Virus record (IMG/VR): IMGVR_UViG_3300005253_000015
Location: 47,457 to 111,456 of that record
Length of the DNA: 64,000 nt
Strand: one strand, 5' to 3'
Source of the DNA: a virus
Shown: positions 17,819 to 28,538 of the stretch, piece after piece
How positions within the stretch are numbered: the first letter of the stretch is position 1
How the letters are laid out: the number at the start of each line of letters is the position of its first letter
Notes under the pieces: generated by a model
What the model was told of the DNA's origin: nothing
Databases searched by the model: none
Seen by the model: only the letters and a program-made list of their open reading frames with translations
Program-made: the position numbers and the translations under genes

Positions 17819-18601
17819 ATGACTAAAGGAATTTATACTAAAAGGAAAGGAATAGGATTCTCAAGTACAGTTATTATATATCTTAGTCTTATAGTGTTTT
17901 ATGGCGTTTTTCATCCAGCATCCCCAAGTTCACCACTAACCCTAAACACAATGATAATGCTTGGTGTATATATGCTTATTGGATTGGCTTCTGTTGATTA
18001 TAAACCAATTAGTATGATGATAGAGAGAGTCTGGAATATGAACTGCCAAGATGGTGTTAGTGATAATTCAAAATTCCAAACTATTAAGTCTTATATTGCT
18101 ATGAATGTTAACCAATGGAATAAGTATAATACGTTATATGCTAATATTGTTGAGGGTAATACTAAAGCAGTATGGAGTACAAAAGATAGTATTAAAGAAC
18201 ATTTACTCAGAATTCCGAAAGGGCAGCTTAATATAAAGCAATTTATATGGATTGTTGTATATGTTGGCTATAATGTCATAAAGGGTAATGGATATTTACC
18301 ATTTCTAACTCCAGATTACTCAGATATAGATTTCCTAATTGATTTTGTGGGAGTTGGGTTTTTCTCATTCACAAGTGGTACTATTATAGGGCTTGGAAGT
18401 TATATGGAAAAACTGTTTGAGTCAATTAAACCAGATAAACTAATTAAAGTAGAAGAAAGCTTAAGATTAATTGAGCAAAATATTATATTTGGAGCACGAC
18501 ATTTTGGGTTCTTGCGAGATGTTGTTGAAGTTGAATGCGAAAAATGTGTAGATGAAATAGTACCAGTAGCTAGTACTAAAAAAGCTACGGCAAAAACATA
18601 G
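17819..18601 (+). CDS. Membrane protein with apparent internal duplication (2 x [2 TM + helix])
   Basis: Two pairs of hydrophobic segments, each followed by amphipathic helices. Confidence 0.65.
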   Translation: MTKGIYTKRKGIGFSSTVIIYLSLIVFYGVFHPASPSSPLTLNTMIMLGVYMLIGLASVDYKPISMMIERVWNMNCQDGVSDNSKFQTIKSYIAMNVNQWNKYNTLYANIVEGNTKAVWSTKDSIKEHLLRIPKGQLNIKQFIWIVVYVGYNVIKGNGYLPFLTPDYSDIDFLIDFVGVGFFSFTSGTIIGLGSYMEKLFESIKPDKLIKVEESLRLIEQNIIFGARHFGFLRDVVEVECEKCVDEIVPVASTKKATAKT

Positions 18602-18663
18602 AGATATGAGGGTATATAAAATAGCCAATTTTATTCCTCTGCGAATTTAACCCTCTATCTCTA
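18599..18663. terminator. Inverted repeat between convergent genes
   Basis: TAGAGATA-T-GAGGGT ... ACCCTC-TATCTCTA spanning both stop codons. Confidence 0.4.
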
Positions 18664-18987
18664 CCTTCTTATTGTTTTCTCCATCATAGCATTACTACGA
18701 TTACGGTGTATATTTATAAGTTGTTGCTTTCTTTTATGACTAAACTTCTTTATTTTAAGTTCACGTTTATGTGATATATGTCTTGCCTCTTTCTTACCTC
18801 TATGCTGAAACTCTTCTAAATATTCCATATAGAGATTTCCATGAAAACGTTTTGTAAATTTAGCTTGAGACTTTTTATGCTGCATATACCTTCTTTTAGG
18901 ATTATCTGTCATACCAGTGTAATATATGGAACTTCCATTATTACAACATCTTAAGATATAAACATAATGACTATAAATTTTATTCAC
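18661..18987 (-). CDS. GIY-YIG nuclease (YhbQ/Slx1-like)
   Basis: YVYILRC...YYTGMTDNPKRRYMQH...AKFTK...RELKIKK. Confidence 0.88.
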   Translation of the reverse strand: MNKIYSHYVYILRCCNNGSSIYYTGMTDNPKRRYMQHKKSQAKFTKRFHGNLYMEYLEEFQHRGKKEARHISHKRELKIKKFSHKRKQQLINIHRNRSNAMMEKTIRR

Positions 18988-19045
18988 CTAAAAATGAGAG
19001 TACATCAAACAAAATAAAGAAAATAATTATTTAAACTTATTTTAT

Positions 19046-19234
19046 TTAGTCCACTTCAGTATAAATTGGGTCGAATGTTCTTATAGGTTTTAACTCATCT
19101 TTATCTATTATTTGAAGACTGTGATATCTATGCTTACGCTCAAATCTTTTTAGTTTCTTATTAGCTACAAAATTATGTGCGTGAATAGGCACATATGTTT
19201 TACAATCGAGGCACACACGGACACGAAGGCTCAG
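19046..19234 (-). CDS. Small CxxC...HxxH Zn-finger protein with CTG start (not in ORF track)
   Basis: GGAGG RBS; CTG overlaps the EndoVII TGA; MSLRVRVCLDCKTYVPIH...FERKHRYHSLQIIDKDE, 62 aa. Confidence 0.6.
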   Translation of the reverse strand: MSLRVRVCLDCKTYVPIHAHNFVANKKLKRFERKHRYHSLQIIDKDELKPIRTFDPIYTEVD

Positions 19235-19848
19235 AATAGATAACCTCCCTCTTTTTTTAAATATTCTACTGCTTTAATTAATATTAATGGATTATCATTT
19301 GATAAACCTATTACTGAGTTACATTTAGCACATAATAATCCTCTTACTAATACTTTATTATTATAACTAAAATTATGGTTATGGTCAATGGTAAATTTCC
19401 TTCCATTATTATTTGATGTACCACAAATAGCACATCTTTCTTTTTGTATATTTAATATAGCCTCATAATCTTCTAAAGTCATATTATAATATCTTTTCAA
19501 ATTAGCTTTTCGTAGATATCCTCTAAATTTATCTTTATTTTCACTCCTGATTTCGCCTCTCCGTTTCTTTATTCTCTCTTTATTTTTATGATAATATCTA
19601 TTATATGTTGATTTTGTCTGCTCCCTATGATGATTAATATATTCTCTTTCTCTTTTTAGAAATCTTTCTATATTGTTCTTACGATGCTCTTTAAGATATT
19701 TATTACGACACTTCTTACAACGTGAAGCGAAACCACCCTTTCTTGATTTATCACTATGAAAGTATTCTACTGTTAATGGTAGATTTCTGTTACACCCCGT
19801 ACACAGTCTTGTTTTTATATCATCAATACATACTTTTACTCTTATCAT
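19231..19848 (-). CDS. Endonuclease VII family (probable free-standing homing endonuclease)
   Basis: YNMTLEDYEAILNIQKERCAIC...IDHNH...VRGLLCAKCNSVIG; N-terminal CxxC...CxxC. Confidence 0.9.
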   Translation of the reverse strand: MIRVKVCIDDIKTRLCTGCNRNLPLTVEYFHSDKSRKGGFASRCKKCRNKYLKEHRKNNIERFLKREREYINHHREQTKSTYNRYYHKNKERIKKRRGEIRSENKDKFRGYLRKANLKRYYNMTLEDYEAILNIQKERCAICGTSNNNGRKFTIDHNHNFSYNNKVLVRGLLCAKCNSVIGLSNDNPLILIKAVEYLKKEGGYLF

Positions 19849-20448
19849 CTAATCATCTCCCGTGTAATATATTTTATTTTTATATTTTCATCTTTTACCC
19901 TCTCTTGCCATGTTACCCAAAGGTTCTTATTTAACCCATATGATAGATTTTTTAATTCCACTTCTTTTTCTTTAGTTAAATATACACATTTCTCTCCACA
20001 TACGTGACAGAGAGTAAAATAAAAATCACTCTTATCTGGAATTGTTAATGTAAGAAAATCACAATTTGGACATTTTTTCATTATCATTATCAATAGTCTT
20101 AATCATCTCTCACTAATTCTTTAAAATATCTATTTATAAAATTGATATAGCTTTCAAGATAGCTATGTTTTCTACCAGATTTAGCTCTTCTAATTATAAT
20201 ATCGTATATAGGGAAGTCTTTTTCATACATAGAACGCAGTTTCATATAGACCTTATTTGAATCAATCTCTATCTTTCTTTCCATTAATGCCATTTTTTCA
20301 AGTCTTTCATTCTCTTCCCTATCTCTTTCCCTAAGCTTTCTTTTTATTTCATCAGTATATGCTTTAGTCTTTTCTATAGCCAAGCCAATAGGTATGATTT
20401 TAGGTTGTTTCTTAGATTTACCCAAGCTACCGAAGTCAAATTCTGGCA

Positions 20449-20688
20449 TTATTTATTTAATTCCTCAGAATATATTTTTATAATTCTAATTTCTTCATCT
20501 GTTAAATCTATTTTAACTCCCTTTTTTATAAACGTTGATACAACCTTTGGCATTATACTGAATAATATACTTCTGAAAAACTCACTTTTATTAACAAATT
20601 TATCCATTAATTCCTTTTGTTTTTTATTTACCGTAAATGAATATCTGTGTTCTTTCTTATACTCTTCTGGTAATTTAGGTCGTGTCAT
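20449..20688 (-). CDS. Ribbon-helix-helix-like DNA-binding protein
   Basis: RYSFTVNKKQKELMDKFVNKSEFFRSIL. Confidence 0.55.
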   Translation of the reverse strand: MTRPKLPEEYKKEHRYSFTVNKKQKELMDKFVNKSEFFRSILFSIMPKVVSTFIKKGVKIDLTDEEIRIIKIYSEELNK

Positions 20689-20759
20689 ATTTTTATATCT
20701 TATTTATACTATATTTATTCGATAATTATATTAAGTAATAATGATTTAAAAGTATTACT

Positions 20760-21158
20760 ATGGTAGAATGGTTAGCAATTAATTTTGTAACGGGAGACCA
20801 AAAAGAAGAAATTAGAAATAGAGATAAATCTGCTTTTTTTCGTATGGAAAATGATAATTTAAAGAGGGCATATAAAAATTTTAATAATAATAAAGAAATC
20901 GTTATTTATACAAACATAATAGCGAAAGTTGCTGAGTTAGAAGGGTGGCTCTATCTTAGTTATATAGATTTTTTTAAATGGAATTCTATAACATATTTTG
21001 CTGCTATAATAGAAAGGGCTGGTTTTGGTGATAAGGATGAATTGAAGGAATTCTTAGTTAAACTATATGGTATGGAGCTTTTTGGAGACCATTTAGATGA
21101 AAAACCTTTCTTATATTATATAGAGTTTGACTATACACCATTTCCAAAACACATATGA
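20760..21158 (+). CDS. ASCH-like domain protein
   Basis: AINF...ERAGFGDKDELKEFLVKLYG...YYIEF pattern. Confidence 0.4.
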   Translation: MVEWLAINFVTGDQKEEIRNRDKSAFFRMENDNLKRAYKNFNNNKEIVIYTNIIAKVAELEGWLYLSYIDFFKWNSITYFAAIIERAGFGDKDELKEFLVKLYGMELFGDHLDEKPFLYYIEFDYTPFPKHI

Positions 21159-21572
21159 AATTTTTTATAGTAGAAAATAAATATATTATTCATAATGGAA
21201 GAACAGAAATTTAGTGTGTGCAATCTTGCTATGGATACTGTAATATTAAAAATAGCTGCACTGAAATCTAAAGGTGTTGAAAGTATTCTTAGAGAAATAC
21301 AGATGAATGATGAAGATTTAACAGAAGGTCGTATAGCTTTGGAATTGGACGATATTTATGAATATTGTGTATTAAAAGAGCCAAGTGACCCCGACCAACC
21401 TTATATGGAAAAAATAGTTAAAGCTTTTATGATTGAGCTTCCTAATAGCGATGATTATATAAAATTATATAATTGGGATATATAATATTTTCTCTTCAAA
21501 ATATTTCATCTATATATTACTCTTTTTGTTGTATTAAAATTTTTATATGTAGAAAATAATTTAAATAGTATA

Positions 21573-22091
21573 ATGGCAAGAACAAAAAGTGATGATATCC
21601 AAGAAATCATTGATGATATAAAATCTGGTAAAAGGGATTGGCGAAGGATGATGTCAACATTCCCTCAACCAACTTCATGTCCTATTAATAATAAAGATAG
21701 ATAGTGTTGGTGCATAATGGTAAGAGGTGTAGAGTATCAGACTGATGAGGCAACTGACGCACTATATATATGTGAGATTGAGTTTGATAAAAAGTTTTGT
21801 GTGCCACAAAAAACAGATATGGTTGGAGAAAGATGTTTAAATCATTATTTTTCTGATGGTTTTGACAGAGACGGTATATCTTATGTAGTGAGGAATTATT
21901 CATTAGGAATCCCGCAAGAAGAAGCTGAAGTTGACAATAAAGATATTATTGATATTGGTATTGTAACGGATGGTGAAAAGTGTTGGTGGTTTTATCCTGA
22001 ATATGAAGGTGCAATAAGAGGGCTTGCATCCCAAAGTAGAATTTTTTATGAAAAAGAAGTGTTAACAATGAGGGAATGGTTGGGAGAATAA
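21573..22091 (+). pseudogene. ORF interrupted by a single in-frame TAG (21702..21704), or a read-through gene
   Basis: ATG 21573 follows a TATA box; 43 codons, TAG, then CWCI continuing in frame into 21717..22091. Confidence 0.5.
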
Positions 22092-23795
22092 ATGGTAGAA
22101 GATGTAGATAGGATACCAATGAAACAGAATGATGAAAAATATGAGGACTTAATAGATAAATGTCTTTATGGTGGTATGCATAATATAGGACGAGGTGCTG
22201 CTTGTAGAATGTTAGCAGCGGAATGTAGTAAACGTATGAAGACCTATAGTGAAAAGGATAGGGAAGCATATCGGGAAACCATGATTAATGATGCTGGTAT
22301 CGAGAACTATTATCTTGAGTACGATACTTTTCAAATTAAGGGGAGTGATGAAGAGTATCAAAAACAGTACGGTTTTAATTTACTATATGACCCTAATGTA
22401 AGCGTAGATGAGTATGTTAACAAGAAACTTGAACACCCTTTAGGAATATGTGATATCGCTCTTTTTGGTGTTGAAACCCAGTTCTCTGAGCTTATAGTAG
22501 AGGAATATTTCCAACCTATAAGTAACGATGAGGATTTTAGAATAATCGAGAACTTAGTCTTTAAAGATAATATTGAATATAAATATATTCCCAACCCAGC
22601 AAGTATTAAAAAGCATTTTGATAATGTTCTAAATGATGATGAGCGATATAAGATAGCAGAATCGTTAATTCATGTCATAGATATAGAGGACTATTATAAA
22701 AAAGAAGTAGCGGCTGCTACAGAGCGTGGTGAAATTATATCTCATAATGACCTAGAGATGAAATTAATAGATACAATAGCTACAAAAGGCTTTAAAGCTA
22801 TATATCGAAAGCATTATGGAAATATTGCTCAATATTATGAAGTAAATTATCCAGATGTAGTTGAATATATGCCAGATTTAATAAATGCACGGGGTTCACT
22901 AAGGATATCAGTTCGGACTGATATAAATAACCCTTTATTACCAAAAAATAAATATAAAATAGAGTCCACAGCTAGTACAGCTAATACACAGAGCTTTAAG
23001 CTTATTAGGAATTTGCAAGTTGATGATGGATTTTCTATTGATACTTATGAACAAGTCTTAGGATTACCTGTTAGAGAGTTCTGGAATGAAATTAAGGATG
23101 ATAAAAAGGATGAAGTTATGCAAAATGCCCTTATCGAAGCTGATAACATGGGTTTTGGTCAACAAGTTAAAGACGAATTACGTAATGCAAAAAGTTTTGA
23201 TGATTTGAAGTCAAAAGAGGTTATAAATGCCATAAAAAGTGGAATTATAAATTATTATAATAAAGACGAAATTGTTAATCTATTAGGGAAACGTCCACCT
23301 AAATACGAATGGAAACGTAAAAAGTCACTTAGTTGTTATCATAATCAATTAGGATGGACAAATTATCCACAGAAGGTCTGGGAGAGATGGGTTGAGATTG
23401 AGGAAGCAAGGGACAGAGGCGAGATAACAGACGGACAGGCAAAGGAATTATATAAATCAATGCAACATATGAAAGAAATGGCTAAAATACAAGGTACGGA
23501 GAGGACAGATTTAGATTCATCAGAGAAAAGAGTAAGTGGTACGGCTTTCATAAAGCCTTCTACCTACCAACCAATACGGCTTAGATTATATGGTTCTCAT
23601 AAATATATTAATGATATAATGAATGGAACTTCACCTTACACACCTATTCAAGAAGCAGCCTATTGGAATACTCAGGTTTTAGATAATATAGAGAGTGCTG
23701 TTGATGATTGGGAATGGACACAGCTAAGAAAGAATGAGATTATACACCCCGAAAAATATGAAGATATTCCGTATACAAAAATGAAAGATGAATGA
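22092..23795 (+). CDS. Hypothetical 567-aa protein
   Basis: Long ORF with GGGAG RBS; no motif recognised. Confidence 0.7.
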   Translation: MVEDVDRIPMKQNDEKYEDLIDKCLYGGMHNIGRGAACRMLAAECSKRMKTYSEKDREAYRETMINDAGIENYYLEYDTFQIKGSDEEYQKQYGFNLLYDPNVSVDEYVNKKLEHPLGICDIALFGVETQFSELIVEEYFQPISNDEDFRIIENLVFKDNIEYKYIPNPASIKKHFDNVLNDDERYKIAESLIHVIDIEDYYKKEVAAATERGEIISHNDLEMKLIDTIATKGFKAIYRKHYGNIAQYYEVNYPDVVEYMPDLINARGSLRISVRTDINNPLLPKNKYKIESTASTANTQSFKLIRNLQVDDGFSIDTYEQVLGLPVREFWNEIKDDKKDEVMQNALIEADNMGFGQQVKDELRNAKSFDDLKSKEVINAIKSGIINYYNKDEIVNLLGKRPPKYEWKRKKSLSCYHNQLGWTNYPQKVWERWVEIEEARDRGEITDGQAKELYKSMQHMKEMAKIQGTERTDLDSSEKRVSGTAFIKPSTYQPIRLRLYGSHKYINDIMNGTSPYTPIQEAAYWNTQVLDNIESAVDDWEWTQLRKNEIIHPEKYEDIPYTKMKDE

Positions 23796-24213
23796 TATAT
23801 GTGAAGCAGAGGTTCTCCCCGAACCTATTAGCTATGTTGATGCCGTTGTCAAGGTAATGGGATTTACCAAAGAGACAAATAAAGAAGCTGGTTTTATTTT
23901 TATATTTGAAGAACAGAAAACTGGTAGAGAACATATTGATAAAATATTTTATGGTGATTGTAAGAAAGTTTATATGGATGATATAAAGGGGGATAATAAT
24001 GCTAACTTTCATACCCATCCAAAGCAAGATTATTGTCATCCAAGTCCTAGAGATATAGTATTATATACTGGACACCGTCTTGTTATAGGATGTCCACATA
24101 AAAGGTTCAAAAATACATTTAGTACAAACGATTTACGTTTTATAAATGATGAGAATATAAAAAGCTATACAGATGCGATAGAGTTTGAATGTAAGGAGAT
24201 ATATAAAGATTGA
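23788..24213 (+). CDS. JAB/MPN (JAMM) metalloprotease domain protein
   Basis: KEAGF ... FHTHPKQDYCHPSPRD = E...HxH-x8-S-x2-D. Confidence 0.75.
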   Translation: MNDICEAEVLPEPISYVDAVVKVMGFTKETNKEAGFIFIFEEQKTGREHIDKIFYGDCKKVYMDDIKGDNNANFHTHPKQDYCHPSPRDIVLYTGHRLVIGCPHKRFKNTFSTNDLRFINDENIKSYTDAIEFECKEIYKD

Positions 24214-24421
24214 TATGTTATAATTGTGGGAATGATATTCCAATGGGATGTATGTTTTGCCAAGATTGTTATAATAAACTTATAAAGAAAGGTACGATAA
24301 GATATACTGATAGTCATATTATACACCAATCTAAATGTATTAAATGTGGAAAAGAAATACCATGCTCATGCATAGTGTGTGAAGTATGTTATAAAGAATT
24401 ATTAGAGGAGAAAAAAGATTA

Positions 24422-24925
24422 ATGACGAAAAAAAGGTCAACTTATATTGCTATAGATGAGGCATGGTTAAGGAAGGAATATAAAAAAGGTCGTACCATGA
24501 TAGACATTGGTAAGGAGTTAGGGGTTAGTAAGTCTACCATTGGCTTAAGAATGAAGGAATTTGGAATTAAAACCAGATTTGCTCCATGTGGCGAGGATAA
24601 TCCAGTTTGGAAGGGTGGTAAAACTATACATGAAGACGGATATATACAAATTCGTTGTACTACACATCCAAGAGCACATCAAAGTGGCTATGTATTTGAA
24701 CATATACTTGTAATGGAAGAGCATCTTGGTAGGTATATAACACTAGATGAGAAAATACACCATATAGATTATGATAAAAGTAATAATAATATAGGAAATC
24801 TAGCGTTGTTAGAAAGTAGAAGTGCTCATAATAAGATAGTTAAATCTCTCTATAATTTAATACCAAAATTATTAGATAAATGTTTAATATATAATAAAAA
24901 AGATAATAAATATTATGAAATATAA
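24422..24925 (+). CDS. HNH endonuclease with N-terminal HTH (paralogue 1 of 3)
   Basis: WKGG...GYI...HPRA...GYVFEHILVMEEHLGR...HHIDYDKSNNNIGNL. Confidence 0.88.
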   Translation: MTKKRSTYIAIDEAWLRKEYKKGRTMIDIGKELGVSKSTIGLRMKEFGIKTRFAPCGEDNPVWKGGKTIHEDGYIQIRCTTHPRAHQSGYVFEHILVMEEHLGRYITLDEKIHHIDYDKSNNNIGNLALLESRSAHNKIVKSLYNLIPKLLDKCLIYNKKDNKYYEI

Positions 24926-25352
24926 AAATCATTTTCTTATTACAGTAATCATTTTTATAATATTATGGCTCATAGTCCCAGAAGTTCAGATAACAGAGAT
25001 TATATTTCCAAGTGTATTAGCTACGTTTCCTGATATTGATAAACAGTTCAAGATTTTGGGGCATAGGTCAGCTGTAACACATTCTATAATAATTCCCTTT
25101 ATAGTGTATTTATTTAACCCATACATGGACTATCTTTTAATTATGTTATCAATAACGATACACGGTTTACTTGATATTAGGATTAGTAAAAAAAAGCAAG
25201 TGGGATATTACACTATTAAATGGTTTGGCTATAGTATTGGTGCTGGTAAATGGCGTTATAAGGGTATGAATGGTAAAAACTCTACTATATGGTTGAGCCT
25301 AAATTTTTTTATATCACTTAGTCTATTTATATATGTAATAGGTGCTAATTAA
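24915..25352 (+). CDS. Membrane-bound metal-dependent hydrolase (YdjM-like)
   Basis: H...FPDID...GHRSAVTHS...HGLLD motif with TM helices. Confidence 0.78.
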   Translation: MKYKNHFLITVIIFIILWLIVPEVQITEIIFPSVLATFPDIDKQFKILGHRSAVTHSIIIPFIVYLFNPYMDYLLIMLSITIHGLLDIRISKKKQVGYYTIKWFGYSIGAGKWRYKGMNGKNSTIWLSLNFFISLSLFIYVIGAN

Positions 25353-25715
25353 TGAATAAAAAAGCTAGAGATGTATTATGGAGAAGAGTAATAGCACAAG
25401 GTCTGAAAGAGGAATCAGAAAAAAGAAGTCAATATTTAGCATCAGAAGAGGGAAAACAACATATTAGTGATATAGGGGTAAAACATCGAGAAAGTAGGGA
25501 AAGATTAAAAGAAAAACAACGTATAGTTAGAGAATTAAAAAGTAAATGTGATAAAGACGAACATGGACATACATTGTATCTATCTACAATTAGCTTACAA
25601 ACAAAAGTAGAGGCATATCATTATAAAAATGAGAGATTCCCCGTAGGTTTCTACTGTCCTATATGTGGGGAGTTATACAACTTAAAATGTAAGAAATGTG
25701 AATAGGTGCTAATTA

Positions 25716-26075
25716 ATGCCGACTAGAATGGGGAATATATCTGCTGATGAGCTTGATATTAATGAGATAAAGAAATTATATTATGGTCAATGTCGAACTA
25801 TTGATGAATTAGCAGATGAACTTAATGCTGATTATAGTGCTGTTAGGAAGCGTATGGGTATTGAGGGGATGTATATTAGAAATAAAGATGATGCTAAGAA
25901 GCATAGACGATATGCTGAATGTCGTTGGAGAGTACCATGTTATAAATTGAAGATAGATTATAGGGATAAAGTCAAGTCAATTAGTAAAATTTCAAAAGAG
26001 TCTGGATTAGGAAAACACAGACTTAAACAATGTTTAGAAATATGTAAAATACCATTATATAAAGAGGATAGATAA
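25716..26075 (+). CDS. HTH-like DNA-binding protein
   Basis: TIDELADELNADYSAVRKRM and SISKISKESGLGKHRLK. Confidence 0.55.
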   Translation: MPTRMGNISADELDINEIKKLYYGQCRTIDELADELNADYSAVRKRMGIEGMYIRNKDDAKKHRRYAECRWRVPCYKLKIDYRDKVKSISKISKESGLGKHRLKQCLEICKIPLYKEDR

Positions 26076-27545
26076 TGTCTAATATAAAAGAGAAGTTTAT
26101 TGAGAATACTATCAATCTAAGTCTTGGTGCTTTAAAGGCAAGAGAGATATTTGAGGGGTCTCGAAGGGTTGCTAATGATAATCCTTTAAGAAAAATTCAG
26201 AATATTATTTCTGTTGTTATAGGCGAAATTAAATATTATATTGATAATAATATATTAGGTAAGTATCAAGAGAAAGTTCACGATTTTTTAAGTGATTTGT
26301 TTTTAGGTAGTTATAAATAATGAGGGAATTAGATGGCTGATTTAGATAAATGTGTTAATGACTTATTGGATATGTATTTATATGCTCATGAAGTAGTGGA
26401 ATTAACCACAATTGAAATGGAGAAAGGTGTGCAAGACTTTTTTCGTGAGACGGAGATTAGTATTGAATCAATGGAAGAGAGTGAAGCCTTTTCAAGAATG
26501 ATTGGTGATAATATAGCTGAACTTATTAATATCACCAATAATTTAAAAAAGTGTGTTCTTAATAATAAAGTTATTACTCCTCTTATCGCTGGTATGAAAC
26601 ATACATGTATACCATTTAATAATACTCTCGACACATTGTTTAATAAATATGTTAAAAATCTTAAAGATAATTATAATAGTAATTCAAAAAGGTCAATGGA
26701 GAGTTTAGATATATTAGTTAGGGCTCAAATAATTAAAGAAACTGCTATAGGAGCTATATCAAGCTATAGATGTAAAAAATGAATAATGAGGTGATGACAT
26801 CATGACGGCTGAGGGAGTATTAAAAAAAGCAATAAATATTTTTGGTATTACGGATAAATGTTTAATAAGTAGTTTCATCCTTCCCGATGGAAATGTTCTA
26901 GATATAAGAAGTAGCTATGATGGTCATCATCAAGAGCATAGTGCTGTAGCCGAAATATACCCCTCTAGTCTTGAATATCATGCTCCTTTTATATTCATGC
27001 AAGATGCTTCCGCTTTATCTTTGTACACTTTTAAGAATCAGTTTGGACTTGATATAAGTATACAGAATGATGTATCTAAAAAGCAATGGGATAAATTGGA
27101 AGAATGTATATGTTATTATGATTCAGAGAAAACTAAGAAAGTTCATTATGGTTTTTTGGATGAAATCTCTAATTTATTTCCAAAAACTATAGTATATGAA
27201 ATATCTTCTACTACACCGAAGGAATGCATTGATATGATTAAAAAGATTAAAAGACACCATAAGGATATAATGATTGAAAAAGGTAAATAAAGAGGTGATG
27301 GCATCATGACTGGTACAACGTGATGTCAGTTATATATAAAAGAGACCATAAAAAAAAGAAAAAGTTTCCACGAGTCAATCACCGAAACTATCATATCGCA
27401 AATCGTAATAAAGCGAAACGTAGAATCTATCGTAGAAGTGGATGGAAAATTTTAAGATTCCCAGATTATTTTATGGAAATAGATAAATTTCCATATATAG
27501 TTAAAAGAAAGTAAAGTTTATAATTATTAATTCATATTATCCAAT

Positions 27546-28028
27546 ATGAGTGAGTTCAATAAACTTTACCATGAATATATTACTAAAGGGAAGTCTTGTA
27601 AAGAGATTGCAAAAGATATTGGGATGTCTGCATCTGGATTATATAAAAAACTCGCTAAACTTAGAATAAGGAAGGTTAAGGGAAGCTTTGTAAGTGGTAA
27701 AAACCATCATCAATGGAAGGGTGGTAGAGTTATCAAAAATGGTTATATTAGAGTATATTCCCCAGAACATCCATATAGAGACTATGATAGATATGTAGCA
27801 GCACACCATTTGATTATGGAGAAAAAGATTGGGCGATATATATTAAAGGGTGAGGAAGTACATCATATTAATGGTGATAAATTAAATAATAATATTGACA
27901 ATCTCTTTCTTTCAACTAAAAGGGAACATGCAGCCTTACATCAACAACTTCAATGTATAGGAAAGGAATTATATAAAAGAGGAATAATCGGTTTTAATAA
28001 TAAAATCGGTCAATATTATATCAAATAA
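27546..28028 (+). CDS. HNH endonuclease with N-terminal HTH (paralogue 2 of 3)
   Basis: WKGG...GYIRVY...HHLIMEKKIGR...VHHINGDKLNNNIDNL. Confidence 0.9.
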   Translation: MSEFNKLYHEYITKGKSCKEIAKDIGMSASGLYKKLAKLRIRKVKGSFVSGKNHHQWKGGRVIKNGYIRVYSPEHPYRDYDRYVAAHHLIMEKKIGRYILKGEEVHHINGDKLNNNIDNLFLSTKREHAALHQQLQCIGKELYKRGIIGFNNKIGQYYIK

Positions 28029-28050
28029 GATTTACCCATATATTATTAAA

Positions 28051-28080
28051 AAAGTCCAAAAGGACTAAATTTTTTTTCTT
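28051..28080 (+). terminator. Hairpin plus T-run
   Basis: AGTCC-AAAA-GGACT followed by AAATTTTTTTT. Confidence 0.45.
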
Positions 28081-28118
28081 TATTAAAATTTATATAATCT
28101 GGTGTTGTATTATACATT

Positions 28119-28538
28119 ATGGATTTAACAAAAAAACAAAAAATTGCATTGGGTGTTGGTATACCCGTTGGCTTACTCTCTATTTTAGCAATAAGTAAAA
28201 TGTCGGGTACATTTACTAGACGTGGAATAGGTCAACCAGCACCGAGAAAGAAAATCCTACCATCTATATTAACAAGACGTAGGAGAGGATACAATTCTGG
28301 AGAATGGGTTACTACACCTCAATATCCTATTAGAAACATTGTTGACTTGCCTAGACAAATTAGGGGTAGAGGTAGTATAATTGAAGGTGGTAGAGCTTCT
28401 CAATTCAGTATTACTCCCCCTGACATAAGAGCTGCTACTACTAAGGATGAACTAGAAGCATATTTAGAAAGAAAAGAAGCTAGACGAATGCTTAAAATAT
28501 ATGATAGAAATAGAGCATTAATACAAGCCGCAGGGTGA
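28119..28538 (+). CDS. N-terminally anchored Arg-rich protein
   Basis: IALGVGIPVGLLSILAI TM segment followed by an Arg-rich tail. Confidence 0.65.
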   Translation: MDLTKKQKIALGVGIPVGLLSILAISKMSGTFTRRGIGQPAPRKKILPSILTRRRRGYNSGEWVTTPQYPIRNIVDLPRQIRGRGSIIEGGRASQFSITPPDIRAATTKDELEAYLERKEARRMLKIYDRNRALIQAAG

